Positions 1-12,344 are shown, counted from the stretch's first letter. The stretch: DNA of 64,000 nucleotides from Burkholderiales bacterium (GCA_038205425.1 JBBRBW010000004.1:18681-82680); one strand, 5' to 3'. Translations and numbers: made by a program. The notes: generated by a model from the letters alone, not told the origin.

Positions 1-24
1 AGTTCTGGCGCGGCGGTCTGGGGT

Positions 25-591
25 TCATGGCGGGGGTTCGGCGGGCCAGGCGGCCCGCGGGGGATGCGGATGCAGGCGCGCCATCGCGTGCACGTCGGCA
101 AACACGCCGTCACGCAGCGCATACGCGCGGTGCGTGCCTTCGTGGCGGAAGCCGAAGCGTTCGTAGAGGCGGATGGCGCGGTTGTTGTCGATGAAGACGG
201 TGAGCTCGATGCGCAGGACCTGCGCCCAGGCGTCGGCGTAGTCGCACAGCGCGTGCATCAGCGCCGCGCCGACGCCCTGGCCCTGTGCGGCAGGCTCGAC
301 GCTGATGCCCAGCATCGCGACATGGCGGCGGCGCAGTTGCGGCGCCGGGTGCAGGCCGGCGCTGCCGACGACACGGCCACTCCGTTCGGCCACCAGATGC
401 ATGTCGACGGCGTGCGGGTCCGACTGCGCTTCGAGCCGCTTGCGCCACATCTCTTCGGCCGGCATCGGCAGCTGCATCAGGTTCCGGTAGACGTCGGGCT
501 GGCCCATCATGCGGGCGAAGTCGGCCGCGTCGGCAGGTCGGGCGCGGCGCACGAGGACGGGTGCGGCGGAAAGGTCGGGCACGTGGGGCAC
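25..591 (-). CDS. GNAT family N-acetyltransferase (YhhY/AaaT-like)
   Basis: Acetyl-CoA motif A (AQGQGVG) and the DNNRAIRLYERFGF motif; start could be 591 or 582 (both GTG). Confidence 0.85.
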   Translation of the reverse strand: MPHVPDLSAAPVLVRRARPADAADFARMMGQPDVYRNLMQLPMPAEEMWRKRLEAQSDPHAVDMHLVAERSGRVVGSAGLHPAPQLRRRHVAMLGISVEPAAQGQGVGAALMHALCDYADAWAQVLRIELTVFIDNNRAIRLYERFGFRHEGTHRAYALRDGVFADVHAMARLHPHPPRAAWPAEPPP

Positions 592-677
592 TCAAATGAG
601 CGTGGCGAAAACGCCGACTGCAGTGTCCCACGGGCCGCGATGTCACCAAAATGGCACCTCGCGACGGGATCATCGTG

Positions 678-693
678 GGGCACGCTTCTTGCG
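678..693 (+). promoter_or_regulatory. Putative sigma54 (-24/-12) promoter for the TonB-dependent receptor
   Basis: GGGCACG-CTTC-TTGCG matches TGGCACG-N4-TTGC with correct GG/GC spacing, about 160 nt before ATG 853. Confidence 0.5.
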
Positions 694-852
694 AAGGCGT
701 GCACCACAGCTGGGCGGCAACGTCAAGCCGGATTTTCTCCGACGCGCAATGTCTTGCCGGGCCGCTCCAGCGGCCCGGCTTCGTTGCATAGTGTTATCAC
801 AAGGCTGCACCAAGCGGTGCAGCTTCACTTTTTTCTTGAGGGCGAACAAGTC

Positions 853-3800
853 ATGAACAACCGGGACTGGATGGTCTTCTCGCGCACGGCAGTGGCCGTG
901 GCCGTGGCTTTTGTGGCCGCTGCGCCTGCACTGGCACAGAACACGACCGCCGCCATCGGCGGCCAGGTGACGGGAGCTGACGGCAAGCCGGTTGCCGGCG
1001 CCGCGGTGAAGATCGTCCACGTCGAATCGGGCTCGACGAGCAACGTCGTCACCGACATCAATGGCCGCTACGTGGCGCGCGGCCTGCGCGCTGGCGGCCC
1101 TTTCACCATCACCATCAGCAAGGGCGGGCAGACCGAAGCCCGCGATGGCGTCTTCCTGGCGCTGGCCGAGACCCTCAACCTCGACGCGACGCTGGGCGCC
1201 GCGGCGCAGTCCGTCACCATCACGGGTCGCCGTGCGTCAGACCGCTTCAACAGCACCAACATGGGTGCCGGCACCGGCATCGGTACACGCGAACTGCAAG
1301 GGCTGCCTTCGATCTCCGGCAACCTGCAGGACTTCGCCCGCACCGACCCGCGCCTGGCACAGACCGACAAGGAACGCGGCGAGATCTCGGCACTGGGCCA
1401 GAACACGCGCTTCAACTCGATCACGATCGACGGCGTCACCACCAACGACACCTTTGGCCTGGAAGCCAACAACCTGCCCACGCTGCGGCAACCGATCAGC
1501 ATCGACGCCATCCAGTCGGTGCAGGTCAATCTGAGCAACTACGACGTCACGCAGAAGGGCTACACCGGCGCCAACATCAACGCCGTCACGAAGAGCGGTA
1601 CCAACGAGTTCCGCGGCAACGTGCACTATGTGTGGCGCAACTCCGACTACGTCGGCGACCGCTACAACCGCACCAACGACACCACTTCGCTGGCGCCGAA
1701 GTTCAAGGACTATTCGTATGGCTTCGTGCTCGGTGGCCCGATCATCCAGGACAAGCTGTTCTTCTTCGCCAGCTACGACAAGTTCACCAGCACGCGCTCC
1801 AGCCCGGCCTTCGGCCCGCTGGGCAGCAGCCTCACCAACGTCGGCATCACGCAGAGCTCCATCGACCAGGCCATCGCGGCCTCGCGCACCACCTGGGGCC
1901 TGGATGTCGGCTCGTCGGAAATCCCGAAAGGCCTGAAGCTCGAGGTCAAGGACACGCTGCTCAAGCTCGACTGGAACATCAGCGACGAGCACCGTGCCAG
2001 CGTTCGCTACACCAAGACGCAGCAGAACGAACCCATCCTGAACGGCTTCTCGACCACCGCGCTGTCGCTCAGCTCGTGGTGGTTCGACCAGGCCAAGACC
2101 ATCGAGAGCGTGGTCGGCCAGTGGTTCGCCGACTGGACGCCCACCTTCAGCACCGAGCTGAAAGCCTCCAAGCGTGACTACGACAGCGTGCCCACGCCCT
2201 TCAATGGCGCCCGCCAGCCGGCCATCGGCCTGCGCTATTCGGGTGCACTGCCGGCCGGCTCGCCAGCGGGCGTGAGCAGCAACAACCGCTTCCTGAACTT
2301 CGGCACCGAAAACAGCCGCCACTTCAACGTGCTGCGGACCAAGACCACCGACCTCTACGCCGGTGGCAACTGGACGCTGGGCACGCACGAGCTGAAGTTC
2401 GGCGCCGACTACGCGAAAAACGACGTCTACAACGCCTTCCTGCAGAACATCTTCGGCAACTACACCTTTGGCTGCGAGCCGGGCACCTACAGCTTCGGCG
2501 CCATCACCGACTGCAACGCCGCCACGGTGACTTCGGCGCAACGTGACCAGGCGACACTGGAGAACTTCCAGCGCGGCCTGCCATCGGCGTACACGCTGCA
2601 GACGGCACTGGCCGGCCGCACCGTGAATGACGCGGTGGCCACCTGGAAGTACGAGACCACCGGCCTGTTCCTGCAAGACACCTTCAAGGTCACCCCGACG
2701 CTGAACCTGATGTTCGGTCTGCGCATGGACACCCAGAAGGTGCCGAGCCGGCCGATCTTCAACGCCAACGCCGCCGCGCCACGCGTGGACGGCAGCGTGA
2801 CTGGCGTCAACACGGTGACGCGCAACACTGGCGGCTTCGGCCTGGACAACACCGTAACGCTCGACAACAGCGAACTGCTGCAGCCCCGCTTCGGCTTCAA
2901 CTGGAAGCTCGGCGGCGACGAACGGCGCATGCAAGTGCGCGGCGGCCTCGGTCTCTTCCAGGGCGCAGCGGCCAACGTCTGGCTGAGCAACCCGTTCAGC
3001 AACACCGGTGCGGCAGTCACCACCTTCAGCTGCACCACCTTCCAGGGCTGCAACGGCAACAGCAACAGCACGAGCAACCTCGCGGCACTGTTCAACGCCA
3101 ATCCGGACAACCAGCGTTCGCCCGGCGGCACGCCGCCGGCGCCGAATATAGATTTCCTGTCGCCGCGGCTGGAGCAGCCGTCGCTGTGGAAGCTGAACCT
3201 GGCTTTCGAGACGGAGCTCGCGCTGCCTGCGGTCGGCGCCGTCGTGGCCAGCGCCGAGTGGCTGCACTCCAAGGTGAAGAGCGGCATCTTCTACCAACAC
3301 CTGAACCTGGGCAATGCCACGCGCACCGGCAGCGACGGCCGCCAGCTGTTCTGGATGCCGCAGAGCTACGACCAGAGCTGCTGGAGCGGCAGCAACCTGC
3401 TCACCGCGAACGCCTGTTCGGGCGGCCGTGACCGCGCGCTGAGCAATGCGTCGTGGGGCCGCAACGTGCTGCTGGCCGACAAGACCAGCAAGGGTGGCGG
3501 CGACGCCATCACGCTGGCGCTGAGCCAGCCCGCCGGGCCGGCCGGCGTGTCCTGGAGCGTGGCCTACACGCGCACCACGGCCAAGGAAATGAGCCCGCTG
3601 ACATCGTCGACCTCAAGCTCGAACTGGAGCAACCGCAATATCTTCAATCCGAATGAAGAGGTGTTGCAGAACTCGAACTACCTGACCAAGGACCGCGTCA
3701 ACTTCTCGGTCAACTGGCAGACGGCCTTCGTCGACAACTACAAAACGTCGGTGGGCCTGTTCTACGAGGGCCGCCGTGGCAAGCCGTACAGCTGGACCTA

Positions 3801-4284
3801 CATCAACGACCTGAACGGCGACGGCATCAGCGGCAACGACCTGATGTACATCCCCAGCGGTCCGGGCTCGAGCGAGGTGGTGTTCCGGGGTGGCGCAGCC
3901 GAGGAAGCGCGTTTCTGGGCCACCGTCAACACCTACAAGGGCCTGAGCAGTGCCAAGGGCGGCCTCGTCGGCCGCAACGACAGTTACGCGGCCTGGGTGA
4001 ACAGCTTCGACATGCGCATCAGTCAGGAAGTGCCCGGGTTCACCAGCAAGCACAAGGGCAGCGTCACGCTCGACATCCTGAACGTCGGCAACCTCCTGTC
4101 CAAGCGCTGGGGCCGCATCAACGAGATTACCTTCCCTTCGAACCGCAGCTTTGTCAACTACAACGGTCTCGACGCCCAGGGTCGCTACATCTACAGCCTG
4201 GGTACGCTGGAGGATTACTCGACGCGCCAGACGAACGGCGAGTCGCAGTGGGCGGCGCAGGTGTCCTTGCGCTACGAGTTCTGA
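853..4284 (+). CDS. Oar-like TonB-dependent outer membrane receptor with N-terminal carboxypeptidase-regulatory-like domain
   Basis: Signal peptide (..AAAPALAQ), G-x-V-x-G-x-D-G-x-P-V-A-G-A domain, plug motifs (NSITIDG, INAVTKSGTNEF), C-terminal barrel signal LRYEF; real start is ATG 853, not ORF start 64. Confidence 0.9.
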   Translation: MNNRDWMVFSRTAVAVAVAFVAAAPALAQNTTAAIGGQVTGADGKPVAGAAVKIVHVESGSTSNVVTDINGRYVARGLRAGGPFTITISKGGQTEARDGVFLALAETLNLDATLGAAAQSVTITGRRASDRFNSTNMGAGTGIGTRELQGLPSISGNLQDFARTDPRLAQTDKERGEISALGQNTRFNSITIDGVTTNDTFGLEANNLPTLRQPISIDAIQSVQVNLSNYDVTQKGYTGANINAVTKSGTNEFRGNVHYVWRNSDYVGDRYNRTNDTTSLAPKFKDYSYGFVLGGPIIQDKLFFFASYDKFTSTRSSPAFGPLGSSLTNVGITQSSIDQAIAASRTTWGLDVGSSEIPKGLKLEVKDTLLKLDWNISDEHRASVRYTKTQQNEPILNGFSTTALSLSSWWFDQAKTIESVVGQWFADWTPTFSTELKASKRDYDSVPTPFNGARQPAIGLRYSGALPAGSPAGVSSNNRFLNFGTENSRHFNVLRTKTTDLYAGGNWTLGTHELKFGADYAKNDVYNAFLQNIFGNYTFGCEPGTYSFGAITDCNAATVTSAQRDQATLENFQRGLPSAYTLQTALAGRTVNDAVATWKYETTGLFLQDTFKVTPTLNLMFGLRMDTQKVPSRPIFNANAAAPRVDGSVTGVNTVTRNTGGFGLDNTVTLDNSELLQPRFGFNWKLGGDERRMQVRGGLGLFQGAAANVWLSNPFSNTGAAVTTFSCTTFQGCNGNSNSTSNLAALFNANPDNQRSPGGTPPAPNIDFLSPRLEQPSLWKLNLAFETELALPAVGAVVASAEWLHSKVKSGIFYQHLNLGNATRTGSDGRQLFWMPQSYDQSCWSGSNLLTANACSGGRDRALSNASWGRNVLLADKTSKGGGDAITLALSQPAGPAGVSWSVAYTRTTAKEMSPLTSSTSSSNWSNRNIFNPNEEVLQNSNYLTKDRVNFSVNWQTAFVDNYKTSVGLFYEGRRGKPYSWTYINDLNGDGISGNDLMYIPSGPGSSEVVFRGGAAEEARFWATVNTYKGLSSAKGGLVGRNDSYAAWVNSFDMRISQEVPGFTSKHKGSVTLDILNVGNLLSKRWGRINEITFPSNRSFVNYNGLDAQGRYIYSLGTLEDYSTRQTNGESQWAAQVSLRYEF

Positions 4285-4311
4285 TCTTCCGGCCGCCTGG
4301 CGGCCAGGTGC

Positions 4312-4338
4312 AAAAGGGGCCCGACGGGCCCCTTTTTT
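4312..4338. terminator. Bidirectional rho-independent terminator
   Basis: AAAAGGGGCCC-GAC-GGGCCCCTTTTTT between convergent receptor gene and alaS. Confidence 0.85.
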
Positions 4339-4367
4339 CTGCCCGCGCTCGGCGCGGTGCGCAAGCC

Positions 4368-7013
<2,646 letters not shown>

Positions 7014-7043
7014 GGCGGTGCCTTGTAGTACAGCTTGCGGCCC

Positions 7044-7501
7044 TCAGGCCACGGGGTTCGTGTTCGGAAACAGGCGGATGCCGGCACGCGGCGCGGCGGC
7101 GATCATCTCGGAGTCAAAGGTGGCCAGTGCCGCCTTGCGGCGCAGCGCCAGTTCGAAGTACAGGCTGTCATAAGCCCCCAGGCCATGGGCGCGCGCGCTC
7201 TCGAGATTGCGCGTCACGTCCACCGGTTGGGCGTCGACCACCGGGTCGAGGGCCAGGATGGCCGCCAGCGCGGCGCCGATGCGATCGGGCGTCGCGGCAC
7301 CGCGGCGTTCGGCCTGCACCAGGGCATTGGCCACCTCGGCGTTCCACAGCGCAGGCACCACGAGTTCGCAGTCGCGCAACGCCTGCAGGCCGCCCGGGTG
7401 CGGGCGCGGCGTCTGCGTGTGCAGCACGTAGCGCAGCACGAAGGACGCATCCATCACCACCGTCTCGGGCGCCGGCTCGGCCGTGCGGGAAGACGCCGCC
7501 A

Positions 7502-7502
<1 letters not shown>
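7044..7502 (-). CDS. vapC: VapC-type PIN-domain toxin
   Basis: PIN acidic residues present (VVMDAS, AEVANAL, AYDSLY, LATFD); ATG overlaps antitoxin stop (TGATG). Confidence 0.85.
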
Positions 7503-7783
<281 letters not shown>

Positions 7784-7842
7784 GTCTCACGGTTCGACCG
7801 GCGGTGCGGCGCTACAGTGGGTGTCGCAAAGGAGTTCTGACC

Positions 7843-9339
7843 ATGACGACGCCCCCTTCCCCCCTGGCCGCGCTGAAGGACCCCAGCCTGCTGAAGACCG
7901 AAGCGCTGATCGGCGGCGCCTGGGTCACCGGCCAGAACACGCAGGCCCGCTTCGCCGTCACCGACCCCGCCACCGGCGCCGAACTGGCACAGGTCGCGAA
8001 CCTGGGCCCGGTGGACTGCGCCGCGGCGATCTCGGCCGCCGAGAAGGCGGCGCCGCTGTGGCGCGCCAAGACGGCCAAGGAGCGCGGCGCGGTGCTGATG
8101 AAGTGGTTTGCGCTGCTCAACCAGCACGCCGACGACCTGGCCCGCATCATGACCGCCGAACAAGGCAAGCCGCTGGCCGAAGCGCGCGGCGAGGTCGTCT
8201 ACGGCGCCAGCTTCGTCGAGTGGTTCGCCGAAGAGGCCAAGCGCATCTACGGCGAGACCATTCCGACCACCGACAACAACAAGCGCTACCTCGTCATCAA
8301 GCAGCCCATCGGCGTGTGCGCGGCGATCACGCCGTGGAACTTCCCGATCGCGATGATCACGCGCAAGGTGGCGCCCGCGCTGGCCGCGGGCTGCCCGGTG
8401 ATCATCAAACCGGCCGAGCAGACGCCGCTGTCGGCGCTGGCCGTGGCCGAACTGGCGCAGCGCGCCGGCATGCCCGCCGGCGTGTTGAACGTGCTGACCG
8501 GCGACGCCGACAACAGCGTCGAGATCGGCAAGGTGCTGTGCAGCAGCGACGTCGTGCGCCACCTGTCCTTCACCGGCAGCACCGAGGTCGGCCGCATCCT
8601 GGCGCGGCAATGCGCGCCGACGGTCAAGAAGCTGAGCCTGGAACTCGGCGGCAACGCGCCCTTCATCGTCTTCGACGATGCCGACCTCGACAGCGCCGTC
8701 GAAGGCGCACTGGCCAGCAAGTACCGCAATGCCGGCCAGACCTGCGTCTGCGCCAACCGCCTGTACGTGCAGGCCGGGGTCTACGACACCTTCGTCGCCA
8801 AGCTGGCGGCCAAGGCCGGCGCGATCAAGGTCGGCAACGGCTTCGAGGCCGGCGTGAGCCAAGGCCCGCTGATCGACGACGCGGCCATCGCCAAGGTCGA
8901 GGCCCATGTCGCCGACGCGGTGGCCAAGGGCGCCACGGTGGTGACCGGCGGCGCGCGCCTGGGCGGCGCAGGCGGCCGCTTTTTCGCGCCGACGGTGTTG
9001 TCGGGCGTGACCAGCGAGATGCTGTGCGCGCGCGAAGAGACCTTCGGCCCGGTGGCGCCGGTGTTCCGCTTCGAGACCGAGGCCGAAGTCATCGCCGCGG
9101 CCAACAACACCGAGTTCGGCCTCGCCAGCTACTTCTACAGCCGCGACATCGGCCGCGTGTTCCGTGTCGGCGAGGCGCTGGAGTACGGCATGGTGGGCGT
9201 CAACACCGGTCTCATCAGCACCGCCGAGGTGCCCTTCGGCGGTGTCAAGCAGAGTGGCCTGGGTCGCGAGGGCGCGCGCCAGGGCATCGACGACTACGTC
9301 GAGCTGAAGTACCTGTGCCTGGGTGACATCCTGAAGTAG
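7843..9339 (+). CDS. gabD: NAD(P)-dependent succinate-semialdehyde dehydrogenase
   Basis: ITPWNFP, SFTGSTEVG, LELGGNAP, RNAGQTCVC, EETFGP, PFGGVKQSG; AGGAG SD. Confidence 0.92.
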   Translation: MTTPPSPLAALKDPSLLKTEALIGGAWVTGQNTQARFAVTDPATGAELAQVANLGPVDCAAAISAAEKAAPLWRAKTAKERGAVLMKWFALLNQHADDLARIMTAEQGKPLAEARGEVVYGASFVEWFAEEAKRIYGETIPTTDNNKRYLVIKQPIGVCAAITPWNFPIAMITRKVAPALAAGCPVIIKPAEQTPLSALAVAELAQRAGMPAGVLNVLTGDADNSVEIGKVLCSSDVVRHLSFTGSTEVGRILARQCAPTVKKLSLELGGNAPFIVFDDADLDSAVEGALASKYRNAGQTCVCANRLYVQAGVYDTFVAKLAAKAGAIKVGNGFEAGVSQGPLIDDAAIAKVEAHVADAVAKGATVVTGGARLGGAGGRFFAPTVLSGVTSEMLCAREETFGPVAPVFRFETEAEVIAAANNTEFGLASYFYSRDIGRVFRVGEALEYGMVGVNTGLISTAEVPFGGVKQSGLGREGARQGIDDYVELKYLCLGDILK

Positions 9340-9361
9340 CGCGGCAGGGGCGCGCGCCGGA

Positions 9362-10261
9362 TCAGGACGCGTCGTCGTTGGCCGCGCCGCTGGCGCCGCG
9401 CTCGGCGTGGCCGGCGTAACCCTCGCGTCCCATCGTGGCCACCGACGCCGCCTGCGCTGTGGCGCGGCGCAGCAGGCTTTCGGCGTCCTTGCCATGCGCC
9501 GGGTACAGCGCCACGCCCACCGCCGCCGACACCGCGCAGGCCTGGCCGGCCACCACCAGCGGCTGCTGCAGGCAGCGCACGAGCTTGGCCGCCACGCGTT
9601 CCCCGTCGGCCAGCGCTTCCAGGTGGCCCAGCAGCACGGCAAAGGCGTCGGGCCCGAGGGCGGCCACCACGTCGCCCGCGCGCAGCCCGCTGCGCAGCCG
9701 CACCGCCACCTTGCGGCGCAAGATGTTCGCGGCCTCGGCGCCCAGGCGCGCGGCGGCGCTGCCGACACCGTCGATGCGCAGCACCAGCAGCACCATCGGC
9801 GCCGGCACCCGTTCACGCAGCGCCAGCAACTGCGTCATGTGCTCGAGCAGCTGTGCCTGGTGCGGCAGGCCAGTGGCCAGGTCGGTGGCGTAGGCGTTGC
9901 GCGCGTTGCGCTCGTGGCGCTTGCGCAGCACGGCGTGGCGGATGGCGCGAGGCAGTGCGGGGTCGTCGGCGGCCAGCACGTCCTCGACGCCCAGACCCAG
10001 CAGCGTTGCGGTGGTGGCTTCATCGGCGGCGCCGGTGAGCACCAGCACGGCGGCGTCGAAGGCGGCCGGTGTGAGATCGGCGCGCTGCATCAGCACTGCC
10101 AGCGCGGCGGGCGTGGGCGCGGCCAACAGCACGGCGTCGTGGCCCCGCGCGGCACTGGCGTCAGCGGCCTGCGCGAGCGAGAAGCCGGCCGCGCGCAAGG
10201 CGTGCGCCAGCCCGGGAAGCTGCGGTTCCACGAGCAAGACCGAGAGCACGGGTGCCGCCAT
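9362..10261 (-). CDS. REC-like + degenerate GGDEF domain protein
   Basis: TDLATGLP and LRAGDVVAALGPDAFAV (GGDEF replaced by GPDAF); AVGVALYP, LLRRA. Confidence 0.75.
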   Translation of the reverse strand: MAAPVLSVLLVEPQLPGLAHALRAAGFSLAQAADASAARGHDAVLLAAPTPAALAVLMQRADLTPAAFDAAVLVLTGAADEATTATLLGLGVEDVLAADDPALPRAIRHAVLRKRHERNARNAYATDLATGLPHQAQLLEHMTQLLALRERVPAPMVLLVLRIDGVGSAAARLGAEAANILRRKVAVRLRSGLRAGDVVAALGPDAFAVLLGHLEALADGERVAAKLVRCLQQPLVVAGQACAVSAAVGVALYPAHGKDAESLLRRATAQAASVATMGREGYAGHAERGASGAANDDAS

Positions 10262-10471
10262 GCGCCGATCATGCCGCAAGCCACCCGGCACGACCACCGG
10301 GCCTGCCACGCGCCTGCCGCTGCCGCCGCCGCTGCCGCCAGTCCCGCGGCGTAGGACAGCAACTACGCGCGCCGGTGGCGGCGTCCGACTGCTGCTGCCC
10401 TGGCCGGGTCGCACACTGCCAAGTAACGGAGGGCAGCGCCCGCCGTGTCCCCTGGCTCCCTGGAGAACGCC

Positions 10472-11923
10472 ATCAACACCCTGTCGAAAATTGCCCTGGC
10501 CGTGGCGAGCACGGCGATAGCGTCTCACGCCTTTGCGCAGGTCACCTTCTACGAACGCGATGCCTACCAGGGCCGCTCGTTCAGCACCGATGGCACGGTC
10601 AACAACTTTGCGCGCTTCGGCTTCAACGACCGGGCGTCTTCGGTCGTCGTCAAGGGCCAGCGCAACGTGCGCTGGGAAGTCTGCGAGGACCGCCGCTTCC
10701 GCGGCCGCTGCGTCGTGCTGCGCCGCGGCGAGTACCCGAACCTGGGCGCGATGGGCCTGAACGACCGCATCTCGTCGGTGCGCCCGGTGGCGGTGAGCGC
10801 GCGCGTGGCGGACAACCGCTACGCGCCCCTGCCCGCACCGCCAGCCGCGGAAGCCGGCATCGTCTTCTACCGCGACGAAGGTTTCCGCGGCAACAGCTTC
10901 ACGGCCGACGTGTCGGTGGCCGACTTCCGCGCCAGCGGCTTCAACGACCGCGCCTCTTCCGCGGTGGTCAGTAGCGGGCGCTGGGAGGTCTGCGACAACA
11001 TACGCTACGAGGGCCGCTGCGTCGTGCTGCAGCGTGGCGAGTACCCGAACCTGGGCGTGATGGGCCTGAACGACCGCATCTCGTCGGCACGCGCCATTGT
11101 GCGCAACCCGCGCCCCGACGACGACTACCGCCCGCCGCCCCCGCCACCGGTAGTGGCCGCGCCGCCGGCGCGCGTGGGCCAGGTCGACTTCTACGAGAAC
11201 GAAGGCTTCCAGGGTCGCACCTTCGTGACCCAGGCTGCCGTCGACGACCTGCGCTACAACGGCTTCAACGACCGCGCCTCTTCCGCCGTCGTCACCGGCG
11301 AGCGCTGGGAGGTCTGCGACGACACGGGCTACCGCGGCCGCTGCGTCGTGCTGCGCCAGGGCCAGTACCCTTCGCTGGCGGCGATGGGCCTGAACGACCG
11401 CATCTCGTCGGTGCGCACCGTGGCGGGCGAAGGCCGCGTCGACGACGGCCGCTACGCGCCGGCGCCGCTGGTTTCGCGCGACTACCGCCGCCGCGACAGC
11501 GAGCAGCTGTTCCAGGCCGACATCACCTCGGTGCGTGCCGTGGTCGACGATGCCGGCCGCCGCTGCTGGGTTGATCGTGAACAGGTGCAGCAGGACCGCA
11601 ACGGCGCCAACGTGCCCGGCGCGCTGCTCGGCGCCGTGATCGGCGGCATCCTCGGCCACCAGGTCGGCGGCGGCACGGGCCGTGACGTGGCCACCGGCCT
11701 CGGCGTCGTGGCCGGTGCGGCCATCGGCGGCAACACCGGACGCGGCGGCGCGCCGGACACAGCGACGCAGGACGTGCAGCGCTGCAGCGAAGCCACGCGC
11801 CCGGCCCGGCCGACCTATTGGGACGTGACCTACCGCTTCCGTGGCCAGGACTACCGCGTGCAGCTGGATTCGCAACCCGGCGCCACGATCACGGTGAACG
11901 GCCAGGGCGAGCCGCGCGCCTGA
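10472..11923 (+). CDS. Secreted protein with three beta/gamma-crystallin domains and a C-terminal glycine-zipper (YcfJ/2TM-like) region
   Basis: Signal peptide (..SHAFAQ); three ~80 aa repeats each with NDRASS and NDRISS; GALLGAVIGGILGHQVGGG zipper; start uncertain (ATC 10472 after GGAG, or GTG 10445). Confidence 0.8.
   Translation: MNTLSKIALAVASTAIASHAFAQVTFYERDAYQGRSFSTDGTVNNFARFGFNDRASSVVVKGQRNVRWEVCEDRRFRGRCVVLRRGEYPNLGAMGLNDRISSVRPVAVSARVADNRYAPLPAPPAAEAGIVFYRDEGFRGNSFTADVSVADFRASGFNDRASSAVVSSGRWEVCDNIRYEGRCVVLQRGEYPNLGVMGLNDRISSARAIVRNPRPDDDYRPPPPPPVVAAPPARVGQVDFYENEGFQGRTFVTQAAVDDLRYNGFNDRASSAVVTGERWEVCDDTGYRGRCVVLRQGQYPSLAAMGLNDRISSVRTVAGEGRVDDGRYAPAPLVSRDYRRRDSEQLFQADITSVRAVVDDAGRRCWVDREQVQQDRNGANVPGALLGAVIGGILGHQVGGGTGRDVATGLGVVAGAAIGGNTGRGGAPDTATQDVQRCSEATRPARPTYWDVTYRFRGQDYRVQLDSQPGATITVNGQGEPRA
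10538..11422 (+). repeat. Three intragenic crystallin-domain repeats
   Basis: Shared DNA blocks GGCTTCAACGACCG, GCCGCTGCGTCGTGCTG and ATGGGCCTGAACGACCGCATCTCGTCGG each occur three times. Confidence 0.85.
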
Positions 11924-11950
11924 GCAAAGCGGTCACCTCGAGATTTGGCA

Positions 11951-11976
11951 GGGCGGCCCTTCGGAGCCGCCCTTTT
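11951..11976 (+). terminator. Rho-independent terminator
   Basis: GGGCGGC-ccttcgga-GCCGCCC-TTTT after the crystallin gene. Confidence 0.75.
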
Positions 11977-12027
11977 CCCGTGTGGCGGACTGTCATGCGG
12001 GCCTGGGCCCGAGGCGCCGCGGATGAT

Positions 12028-12135
12028 GCCGGTGAGCAGGGCCGCGGCCTTGCGGTGCTGGCCGCCGAAGTCCGCAGCCTGCGAGGCCTTGAAACTGCGT
12101 GGCGGCACGCGCTCATGCGGGCGGTGAACGTCTTC
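12028..12135 (+). pseudogene. Remnant of a methyl-accepting chemotaxis protein signalling domain
   Basis: Translates to AGEQGRGLAVLAAEVRSL (MCP hairpin tip AGEQGRGFAVVAxEVRxL) joined to LMRAVNVF (MCP C-terminus-like); no intact gene. Confidence 0.65.
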
Positions 12136-12189
12136 CACAGGCCCCAGAGCCACTGCGAGGGCAGGCCGCCCTCGGCACGGGGCCGGCAG

Positions 12190-12263
12190 TGGAGCGGGCG
12201 AAGGGAATCGAACCCTCGTCTTAAGCTTGGGAAGCTTCAGCTCTGCCATTGAGCTACGCCCGC
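12190..12263 (-). tRNA. tRNA-Gly(CCC)
   Basis: GCGGGCG acceptor, loop TT-CCC-AA, GGTTCGATTCC T-loop, encoded CCA; TAGAAT -10 at 12280-12275. Confidence 0.96.
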
Positions 12264-12315
12264 AACGGGCCCGGATTCTAGCGCCGTGGCGCAGGTGCAC
12301 ACGGGGCTCCCGGCA

Positions 12316-12344
12316 TTGAATTCAACTGAATTCAGCGCTACATT
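12316..12344 (+). promoter_or_regulatory. sigma70 promoter overlapped by two tandem palindromes (probable operator)
   Basis: TTGAAT-17nt-TACATT; TTGAATTCAA and CTGAATTCAG are adjacent perfect 10-bp palindromes. Confidence 0.65.

Noticed and set aside
64-852. N-terminal extension of the 1406-aa ORF
   Set aside because: It overlaps the GNAT gene on the opposite strand; the signal peptide begins at ATG 853.
9362-11875. 837-aa ORF as a large GGDEF fusion
   Set aside because: The portion above 10261 is the antisense of the crystallin gene.
12190-12263. tRNA-Gly(CCC) as the site of an integrated island
   Set aside because: No integrase and no duplicated tRNA 3' end seen in the window.
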